Shown here: positions 47,025-54,276 of the stretch, in pieces
Layout: each line of letters starts with the position of its first letter
Position numbering within the stretch: the stretch's first letter is position 1
Assembly: GCA_030693295.1 (NCBI GenBank)
Contig: JAUYAT010000034.1
Coordinates: 1-54,276 of the forward strand
DNA: 54,276 bases
DNA from: a bacterium
GTDB lineage: Bacteria > Patescibacteriota > Patescibacteriia > Patescibacteriales > VMTK01
Direction of reading: 5' to 3'
Notes under the pieces: model-generated
Told to the model about the DNA's origin: nothing
The model's database searches: none
What the model saw: the letters and a program-made list of their open reading frames with translations, nothing else
Position numbers and translations under genes: made by a program

Positions 47025-47036
<12 letters not shown>
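46998..47036 (-). terminator. intrinsic terminator-like hairpin in gvp leader
   Basis: Minus strand CTTCGTTACT-aaaactt-GGTGGCGGAG then TTTTTTGTTTTT; the G-U pairs work only on the minus strand. Confidence 0.55.
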
Positions 47037-47171
<135 letters not shown>

Positions 47172-47209
47172 AAAAATTTGTATTATATTGAATAGCGGAT
47201 TACAATTTC

Positions 47210-47238
47210 ATTATACCAACTATTAAGGTTGCCCGCAA
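47210..47238 (-). promoter_or_regulatory. candidate promoter of the gvp leader
   Basis: TTGCGG-17-TATAAT with TG extension. Confidence 0.5.
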
Positions 47239-47547
47239 TAGCTGTCAAGAATTTATGCCGGGCAAGGCAAAGTGTCTCTAATCTCTTACATATCAAGCTT
47301 AAAAGAGAACATCGCCAATGTTGCCCATAAGATACATTGGCTTATTTTCTTAATTTTTCTTCGTATTTTGTTCTTTATAGAGAACAGTCTATCCACAATT
47401 GTATTTATTTTTATTTTATGATATTCTTTACAAGAGAACAAGAGAGAATATAATATTCTTTGCAAGAAAGAGAGAGACGAAAGTTATCCACAGGGTCATT
47501 CGACCCTGCAGGCAGGCCGGCAAAATTAAAAACTTTTATTTTTTACT

Positions 47548-47931
47548 ATGGGGAAACCAAGAAAATACATCTCACGCGAAATCACAAGGCTGGGAAAGTA
47601 TCTCAAACAACTTCGCCAAGAGCAGGGATTGAGTATTCGCAGCGTGGCCAAAAGTTGCAAAATCGCTCCGAGCTACCTTGCCAAAATTGAAACCGGCGAT
47701 ACCTTCAAAACTATCGGCATTGGAACTTTGGTAAAGTTCTCAAAATTCTACGGCATCCCGGTTTCATCATTGCTGAAAGAAGCCGGCTTTATTGATTCTT
47801 ATGAAAGCGATCTGCCGGAAATTGCTCAATACCTGCGCGCAAAATATCAGCTCTCTCCCCAAGCGATCCGCGATATGGAAATGGCAAAAGAAATCGTGGA
47901 TAAAAAATATTCGCGAAAACAAAATGCTTGA
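47548..47931 (+). CDS. XRE-family HTH regulator
   Basis: LKQLRQEQGLSIRSVAKSCKIAPSYLAKIETG; divergent from the gvp operon. Confidence 0.85.
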   Translation: MGKPRKYISREITRLGKYLKQLRQEQGLSIRSVAKSCKIAPSYLAKIETGDTFKTIGIGTLVKFSKFYGIPVSSLLKEAGFIDSYESDLPEIAQYLRAKYQLSPQAIRDMEMAKEIVDKKYSRKQNA

Positions 47932-47965
47932 AATTATAGGCAATATGCGATATGATATAAACAAT

Positions 47966-49339
47966 ATGTCTCTCACAACCCGCAGAATTTTATATATTTT
48001 TTTTATAATCGCCTTTCTCATCATCACGCCGATGACGCTTTTTTATGCCGCCGGCTATAAATTCAGCTTAAAAGGCGTTAAGCTGCAGAAAACCGGCGCT
48101 TTTATTTTAGATTCCGAGCCGCGGGGAGCTAAAATATTTATTAACGACAAGCCACAGCAAACATTTTTAAAAAAATATATATCGGATGAAAGCGGTTTTA
48201 GCGGAACTCCGGCTAAAATAAAAGGGCTTCTGCCCGGGGAGTATAATTTAAAACTGGAGCTTGACGGCTATTGGCCCTGGCAAAAAAAATTAACCATTTA
48301 TCCCGGCGCCTCAACTTATGCCGAGGATGTGTATCTGTTTAAAAAAGATTTGCCCATGCTGCTTGCGCAAGGCGGAATAAGCGGCGCAACGGCTTCGCCG
48401 GATAAAAATAAAATAGCCGTTTCAACCAATGGACAAATATTAATTCTAAATTTGGCCGATGAAAAACAAACAAAATTAGCCGCGTCCTCGGGCGGCGGCG
48501 CCGCTTTTTCCTGGGCGCCCAGCGGCAAAAAAATATTATTTGATACAACGGTAGTTAATCTTGAAAATATTAAAGAATCCGAAACGCCCGGGATTGATTT
48601 AGGAGACTTTATTAAAACTAAAAACAAAATAGGCGGCATTAGGTGGGATATAGCCAGCGATGACAAATTGTATTATCAAGATAAAAATAATATCAACAGC
48701 TTTACGCTGTCAACAAAAACAAATCAAATAATTTTAGAAGGCCAGCAATTTGAAGATTACTTAATTAAAAATAATTATCTCTATTTTATAAGCCGGCTGG
48801 GCGGCGCCACGAACTTAAATATTTTTGACATTGGCTCCCGACAGCTGATAAGAACCGTTGATTTGCCAAGTTCAACTGATTTTTATTTTATTAACCCTAA
48901 CCACAAATTGCTTAATCTTTACGACGAAACTCATCAAATTCTTTACTTAATTGACCCCTTTTCTTCTTTTTACTCCCCCTTGCGGGAAACGATTAATAAT
49001 ATTAAATACGCTTACTGGGTTAACGACGACAAGCTTCTTTATGCCAATGATTTTGAAATTTGGCTGTTTGACCTTAACGCCAATAAAAAAACACTGCTCA
49101 CGCGCATCAGCCAAATAATCACGGGGGTTGTTTGGCATCCAAGCAATAACTATATAATTTATTGCGTGGAAAACGCGGTCAATGCCATAGAGCTTGATGA
49201 ACGGGATAAATATAATATCACGGAAATAATCAAGCTGGATAAAATCGCCTTTCCGATTTTAAGCCAAGCGGGAGATATTTTATATTTTTACGCGAAAATA
49301 GGCAACCAGGAAGGGCTGTATAAATTGAGCATCCAATAA
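47966..49339 (+). CDS. PEGA-domain membrane-anchored protein
   Basis: N-terminal TM, SEPRGAKIFIN...TPAKIKGLLPGEY...GYWPW; propeller-like C-terminus. Confidence 0.8.
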   Translation: MSLTTRRILYIFFIIAFLIITPMTLFYAAGYKFSLKGVKLQKTGAFILDSEPRGAKIFINDKPQQTFLKKYISDESGFSGTPAKIKGLLPGEYNLKLELDGYWPWQKKLTIYPGASTYAEDVYLFKKDLPMLLAQGGISGATASPDKNKIAVSTNGQILILNLADEKQTKLAASSGGGAAFSWAPSGKKILFDTTVVNLENIKESETPGIDLGDFIKTKNKIGGIRWDIASDDKLYYQDKNNINSFTLSTKTNQIILEGQQFEDYLIKNNYLYFISRLGGATNLNIFDIGSRQLIRTVDLPSSTDFYFINPNHKLLNLYDETHQILYLIDPFSSFYSPLRETINNIKYAYWVNDDKLLYANDFEIWLFDLNANKKTLLTRISQIITGVVWHPSNNYIIYCVENAVNAIELDERDKYNITEIIKLDKIAFPILSQAGDILYFYAKIGNQEGLYKLSIQ

Positions 49340-49360
49340 ATTAATTTCAACTGAGTTGAA

Positions 49361-50239
49361 TTATAATTCCTTGCTTAATTTTCTTAAATATTTTTTCAAA
49401 TCTTTCCCTATTTCCTTGTCTTTCAGGCCCAGTTTGAGCGTCGCCTTGATAAAGTTGAATTTATTGCCGGTATCAAGCCATTCGCCTTCCAGCTTCTTTC
49501 CATAAAGAGGCTTTTTATTTTTAAGCATTATATTGAAAGCATCGGCTAATCTGATTTCTCCGGATTTGCCGGACTTCATTTTTCCTAAAATTTTAAAAAC
49601 CTCCGGGGTGATGACATAAATTCCCACCGCGACCAAATTTGACGGCGATTTATCAACCGGCGGCTTCTCCACAAATCTTTTAATTTCATAATTGCCGCCG
49701 CCCAAATCAATGCCGTCTATGACGCCGAACTTGCTTACTTCTTTTCTTTCAACCTCCGATAAGCCGACAACGGGATCGCCGTATTTGTTAAAAGTATCAA
49801 TCACCTGCTTGGCAATCGGAACTTTCGCGTCATACAAAGTATCGCCGAACATCACCAAAACCGGCTCGTCGCCGCCGATTAAATGCGCGGCGCAATTAAT
49901 CGCGTGCCCGTCTCCCAGCGGCATCGGCTGGCGGACATACGTAAATTTGGCCAGCTCCGATATTTCGCGCACCTTTTTAAGCAGGTCCATTTTATTCTTT
50001 TCCACCAAGGTGTGCTCAAGCTCAAAAGAATAATCAAAATGGTCTTCTATGGCCCGCTTGCCGCGGCCGGTTACGAAAATTATTTCCTCAATGCCGGCTT
50101 CCACCGCCCCCTCCACCAAGTATTGGATCGCCGGCTTGTCAACCACCGGCAGCATTTCTTTGGGCTGGGCCTTGGTGGCGGGCAGAAATCTTGTGCCGAA
50201 ACCGGCAACGGGAAGAATGGCTTTTTTGATTTTTAGCAT
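49361..50239 (-). CDS. galU: UTP-glucose-1-phosphate uridylyltransferase
   Basis: AGFGTRFLPATKAQPKEMLP and VRQPMPLGDGHA motifs. Confidence 0.93.
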   Translation of the reverse strand: MLKIKKAILPVAGFGTRFLPATKAQPKEMLPVVDKPAIQYLVEGAVEAGIEEIIFVTGRGKRAIEDHFDYSFELEHTLVEKNKMDLLKKVREISELAKFTYVRQPMPLGDGHAINCAAHLIGGDEPVLVMFGDTLYDAKVPIAKQVIDTFNKYGDPVVGLSEVERKEVSKFGVIDGIDLGGGNYEIKRFVEKPPVDKSPSNLVAVGIYVITPEVFKILGKMKSGKSGEIRLADAFNIMLKNKKPLYGKKLEGEWLDTGNKFNFIKATLKLGLKDKEIGKDLKKYLRKLSKEL

Positions 50240-50245
50240 AAAATT

Positions 50246-51031
50246 TTATTTCCATTTATTTAAATATTTAAACCATGAAATAATATGGCAGCGGCTGGCT
50301 TTGCTCCAAAAAAATTTATACCACGGTTCTTGAGCGCTTTCCCTCGCGTGATTATGGATAATTTTAGCTTCCGGGCAATAAACAACCTTCCATCCTTTTT
50401 GCCAAAAGCGGCGGCATAAATCAGTATCTTCAAAATACATAAAAAATCTTTCGTCAAACAAGCCCGCTTGCTTTAAGCCCTTGGCGCGGCAGAATAAAAA
50501 CGAGCCCAAAAGCCAATTCACTTCGCGGACGGATTGATGGTCAAAATCTTTCATTAAAAATCTACTCAAATCTTTTTTAGCGCTTTTCAGCTTGCCGAGC
50601 GGGGTGCGCCTGTAAAGCGGGGTTAAGAGGCCGTGCCAGCGGTAGCAGGAATCTTGGATTGTTTTGTCCGGATTAAACTGCAAGGGTCCGGCTATGCCGG
50701 CTTCCGGTTCAGATTCCATATAACTGTATAATTTTTTAAAAGTATCTTTAAAAACCAAAGTGTCGGGATTCATAATCGCGACATATTTTCCGCTTGCTTG
50801 CCTGACGCCGGCATTGTTGCCCGCGCCCATGCCTAAATTGCTTTTATTTTGAATAAACTTTACATCCGGATATTGCCAGGCCAGAATTTTTCCGATATAA
50901 TCGCCGGAATTATTGTCAACCGCGATAATTTCATGTTTTAAATTATCAAAATCCGCCTCTTTTATTGACTTTACGCAATTCAAAGCCAGCCCCTTGCTTT
51001 TGTAGTTTAATATGACGATGCTTATGTCCAT
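50246..51031 (-). CDS. GT2 glycosyltransferase
   Basis: VDNNSGD, NPDT and FDERFFMYFEDTD motifs. Confidence 0.9.
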   Translation of the reverse strand: MDISIVILNYKSKGLALNCVKSIKEADFDNLKHEIIAVDNNSGDYIGKILAWQYPDVKFIQNKSNLGMGAGNNAGVRQASGKYVAIMNPDTLVFKDTFKKLYSYMESEPEAGIAGPLQFNPDKTIQDSCYRWHGLLTPLYRRTPLGKLKSAKKDLSRFLMKDFDHQSVREVNWLLGSFLFCRAKGLKQAGLFDERFFMYFEDTDLCRRFWQKGWKVVYCPEAKIIHNHARESAQEPWYKFFWSKASRCHIISWFKYLNKWK

Positions 51032-51111
51032 AGCAATAATTTCTAATTTTTAATTTTTAAAATTAAATCATTAAAAATTTATTCAAAATTCAAAATTCAA
51101 AATTTTTTGCT

Positions 51112-52164
51112 TTACCACCATATCAATAATTTCACCAAAAACCAATAAAATTCAAATACAGGATTAATCAATCTCAACTTAACATCATCTATCTCCTGAT
51201 ACCAAATTTTTCCGGTTATCATCTTCGCTATATCCCTGTCTTTAACTTTGCGCAGGCTCTGGGCTTGTTTCCTTGCGTTATATAAATATTTCCATTTGGC
51301 CGGAGTTAAAAAATATTTCCAAACTTTGATTTTTTCTTTGAACCAGCCGGTTTTCAAGGAAAACAAAATAAGCCCTAATTCCATTATAACAAACGGCGGC
51401 AGAATTAAAAGCAGTGTTAAAAAATGATAATTCTTTATTATGGCTATAATCCTATTTCTGTCCATCCAATAATACTGCTTGATTGATTTGGCGAATTGGT
51501 ATTTATGATAAACGACCGCATCGGGCGCCAAAACGGATTTCCAGCCGGCAAGCCAAATCCGCCAACCCAAATCCTGGTCCTCGTTATACATCCAAAACTC
51601 CTCGTCAAACAAGCCGACTTTTTCCAAAACTTCTCTTTTAAATAAAACAGCCGCACCGCTTGGATAAAAAATATCCTTAATTCTTAATTCGTAATTCGTA
51701 ATTCTCGTATTATATCCCTCGCAATACCCAAACCCCAAAAAATGCGTCGCGTTGCCTAAGCTGTTTACTTTCTCTTTATCCGGCCACAACATTAATCTCG
51801 CCTGTACCGCCCCGATATTTTCGCCGCTTTCGGCAACTTTCACCAATTCGCTAACACAATCGCTCTCCACAACCGTATCCATGTTAAATAAAATAATATA
51901 ATCAAACTCTTGCGCAATCGCCCGCTTCATCGCGTCGTTGTTGCCTTTAGCAAAGCCGTCGTTATTTTTGTTTATAATAATTTCCGCCTCCGGCAATTTG
52001 CTTTTTAGATAATTAAAACTTTCCTCGCTGCTTTCATTGTCAGTGATGAAAATCTTCATCTCGCCTTGCCAATCCTGCTTCCGCAAGCTCAGAGCGCAGC
52101 CGTCCAAATATTTTTTGGCGTAGTCTTTGTAATTTGGCGCTATAATTATGGCAACTTTTTTCAT
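51112..52164 (-). CDS. GT2 glycosyltransferase
   Basis: GFAKGNN, NMDT and FDEEFWMYNEDQD motifs; start taken at MKKVA. Confidence 0.88.
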   Translation of the reverse strand: MKKVAIIIAPNYKDYAKKYLDGCALSLRKQDWQGEMKIFITDNESSEESFNYLKSKLPEAEIIINKNNDGFAKGNNDAMKRAIAQEFDYIILFNMDTVVESDCVSELVKVAESGENIGAVQARLMLWPDKEKVNSLGNATHFLGFGYCEGYNTRITNYELRIKDIFYPSGAAVLFKREVLEKVGLFDEEFWMYNEDQDLGWRIWLAGWKSVLAPDAVVYHKYQFAKSIKQYYWMDRNRIIAIIKNYHFLTLLLILPPFVIMELGLILFSLKTGWFKEKIKVWKYFLTPAKWKYLYNARKQAQSLRKVKDRDIAKMITGKIWYQEIDDVKLRLINPVFEFYWFLVKLLIWW

Positions 52165-52210
52165 ATTTTTTCTCCCTCTCCTTCGCAAGGAGAGGGCTGG
52201 GGTGAGGTTT

Positions 52211-53032
52211 TCAAACCAACGGACTTTTAATATTTCTAATGCTCGGATTCGTAACATGCGTATAAATCTGCGTTGTCCTGATATTTTGATGCCCTAAAAG
52301 TTCCTGCACATAGCGAACATCAACGCCATTTTCCAGCAAATGGGTCGCGAAGCTGTGGCGCAAAGAATGAAAAGTCGCTTCTCTCTTAATATCCGCTTTT
52401 TTCAGGGCGATTGCAAATATCTTCTGCGCCGAGCGCTCAGTTAATTTTCCGCCAAGCTGGCTGACAAACAAATACTCATTTCCTATTTTCCCCGCAATCA
52501 TATTCATTATATCATTTTTAAATTTTTCCGGAAAAATCGTAATCCTGTCTTTATTCCCTTTCGCGCCCTTTAAATGCGCCGTAAGTTCATTCAAATTAAT
52601 GTCTTTAATTTTTAAATTGACGGCTTCGCTAACTCTTAATCCGCACCCGTAAGCCAGCGCAATTACTAATTTATGTTTTTGATTCGTGATATTTCCGATA
52701 ATTTTTTCTATTTCCAAACGTGAAAGAACTACCGGAAGTTTTGATGGCGTCTTCGCGAATTTAATATCAATATTCTCATTAATCTTGCACACTTCGCGAT
52801 AAAAATATTTTATGGCTTGAAGATAAAGGTTAATGGTCTGCGACGACAACCCCCTGCCCTGTTTTTCAAGCAAGTATTTTTTTATAATCATAACATCCGG
52901 CTCTCTTTTAACATTTTTAATGTGTTTAAAATAGTCGGATAAACAAAAAAGGTAGCTCTTAACAGTTTTTCGGCTATAGTTCCGAAGTTTTAGCTCATCT
53001 TTAATTTTATCCATTAATTCTTGCAAATTCAT
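52211..53032 (-). CDS. tyrosine recombinase, integron-integrase-like short form
   Basis: LRNYSRKTVKSY SAM-like N-domain, KLPVVLS, YGCGLRVSE, KGNKDR, HSLRHSFATHLLE, LGH...TTQIY; divergent from cassettes. Confidence 0.9.
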   Translation of the reverse strand: MNLQELMDKIKDELKLRNYSRKTVKSYLFCLSDYFKHIKNVKREPDVMIIKKYLLEKQGRGLSSQTINLYLQAIKYFYREVCKINENIDIKFAKTPSKLPVVLSRLEIEKIIGNITNQKHKLVIALAYGCGLRVSEAVNLKIKDINLNELTAHLKGAKGNKDRITIFPEKFKNDIMNMIAGKIGNEYLFVSQLGGKLTERSAQKIFAIALKKADIKREATFHSLRHSFATHLLENGVDVRYVQELLGHQNIRTTQIYTHVTNPSIRNIKSPLV

Positions 53033-53081
53033 TTAATTTTTGTTAAAATTAACTTATACACAAACAGATCATCACATTTCA

Positions 53082-53090
53082 ATTATATCA
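53082..53090 (-). promoter_or_regulatory. extended -10 for the integrase
   Basis: TGATATAAT on the minus strand, 50 nt upstream of the ATG. Confidence 0.5.
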
Positions 53091-53135
53091 AATATTCGTA
53101 TTTCATACAATTATTAACACATTAAACGAATATTT

Positions 53136-53158
53136 GTTCGCATATAAACGAGTTAGGC
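53136..53158 (+). mobile_element. attI-like site
   Basis: ...catataaacgaGTTAGGC at the first cassette boundary; GTTAGGC is complementary to GCCTAAC at 53613. Confidence 0.65.
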
Positions 53159-53177
53159 GAAATTACGCCCTTGCATT

Positions 53178-53618
53178 ATGCCATTATCAAATTCCTACAA
53201 TCCAAAAAAAGGCAGAGACTTTGAAGAAAAGGTCAGCCAAGCTTTAGAAAAAAAATATAAAACAAGCTTCAAAAAGCGATCTATAAATATCGGCACGCCA
53301 CCTAAAGCACATAATTTTGATTTAGTTTCTGAAAATGGAACTATTATTGTAGAATGTAAAAATTATTCGTGGACAGAAACCGGAAATATCCCAAGTGCTA
53401 AAACCGCCTTTTTAAATGAAGCTGTTTTATATCTTTCTCACGCGTCAGCCGACTCTAAAAAAATAATTGTCTTGAGAAAAGATAATCATCCTAAGAGAAA
53501 AGAAAGCTTAGCTGAATACTATGTCAGAACATATTTTCATTTACTAAATGCAGTTGTGATAATGGAACTTGATATTAACAACATGATAATCAAGGAAGTC
53601 GGGCGTAACATCGCCTAA
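53178..53618 (+). CDS. cassette gene: PD-(D/E)xK nuclease-like protein
   Basis: GRDFEE...NFDLVS...IVECK; its stop codon lies in GCCTAAC. Confidence 0.65.
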   Translation: MPLSNSYNPKKGRDFEEKVSQALEKKYKTSFKKRSINIGTPPKAHNFDLVSENGTIIVECKNYSWTETGNIPSAKTAFLNEAVLYLSHASADSKKIIVLRKDNHPKRKESLAEYYVRTYFHLLNAVVIMELDINNMIIKEVGRNIA

Positions 53619-54044
53619 CACGGGATATCTGGTTCGCAAGTAAAAAAATTATGAAAACAATTAAAGTAAAATCTATAATTGATGGTGACACATTCGTAGG
53701 CGAGGATAAAATACATTATCGTCTTGTCAGTGTCGATGCGCCAGAAACTAATCAACCTGGTTTTAATAAATGTAGAACTGCTCTTGAAAAATTAATCTTA
53801 AACAAGGAACTTGAGATATTAAGAGAACAATCCAATACGTCATTTGGCAGACCCGTGGTAGAAGTCAGAGTCATTGGAGAGAGTGATAGTGTTAATAAAA
53901 AAATGAATATTTTTCTGAGCAAATAATTATTTTCATAATTTTTTTACTTGCTCACGCAAATTCGGTTTTAAATTTCCGCTGGCGCATCCGCGCAATTATA
54001 GCAAAAATTTCAAACCGAACTTCAGATATCCCGATACGTTGTCT
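53613..54044 (+). mobile_element. attC-like site (432 bp) containing a gene
   Basis: GCCTAACacgggatatctg...cagatatcccgatacGTTGTCT outer stem with two sub-hairpins. Confidence 0.75.
53651..53926 (+). CDS. thermonuclease (SNase-like) protein
   Basis: IDGDTF, RLVSVDAPE and FGR motifs; 91 aa, no signal peptide. Confidence 0.75.
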   Translation: MKTIKVKSIIDGDTFVGEDKIHYRLVSVDAPETNQPGFNKCRTALEKLILNKELEILREQSNTSFGRPVVEVRVIGESDSVNKKMNIFLSK

Positions 54045-54113
54045 GAAATATTGCTCTTTTAAAACAAATATTTTTAGGAAGCTCTAAACCAATAAGTTCA
54101 AGGAGGTTATCTT

Positions 54114-54276
54114 ATGTGGGATGGAAAAAGTCATAATGAGATAAGATATTTGCGTATTTCAATTAGAAATGATGAGAACCACCTTGCCAATGCGCCTCTT
54201 GGCCCGATTCAAAAATCGCGATTGAAGAAACAAATTGAGATCCAGAAAGAAAGGCTTAAAGCGTTAAATAAGGAAA
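54114..54276 (+). CDS. partial cassette ORF running off the window
   Basis: AGGAGG at 54101, ATG at 54114, open to the window end. Confidence 0.5.
   Translation, partial: MWDGKSHNEIRYLRISIRNDENHLANAPLGPIQKSRLKKQIEIQKERLKALNKE

Noticed and set aside
52211-53032. Chromosomal XerC/XerD or prophage integrase
   Set aside because: No phage genes nearby; divergent attI-like site and cassettes fit an integron-like role better

Overview
Low-GC bacterial window whose gene content and style (type IV pilus cluster, murG-ftsW-mraY, few Shine-Dalgarno sites, many small palindromic repeats) suggest Patescibacteria/CPR; this placement is an inference. It has four parts. (1) 1-8300 is the tail of an integron-like cassette array carrying defence-type and small membrane genes. 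(2) 8300-29900 is housekeeping: cell wall, type IV pili, iscS/iscU, rpmA, pyrG, ctpA. (3) 30065-47240 is a ~17 kb, 22-gene minus-strand gas vesicle operon (gvpA/N/J/K/G/O, three gvpF/L, gvpC-like) that also carries CDC48, Hsp20, ArsA/Get3, an actin-like ATPase and a tail-less FtsZ. It is preceded by a leader with an (AG)19 repeat, a short ORF, a terminator and two long hairpins. (4) 47500-54276 holds an HTH gene, glycosylation genes, and a short tyrosine recombinase with an attI-like site and the start of a second cassette array. The most unusual observation is that the attC-like sites are branched hairpins, and in three of four copies a complete gene sits inside one sub-hairpin of the site, framed by its own 14-28 bp inverted repeat. 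Several families of ~30-nt palindromic elements are inserted in frame, sometimes nested, in the gas vesicle genes. All family calls come from motif recognition by eye, not database searches.
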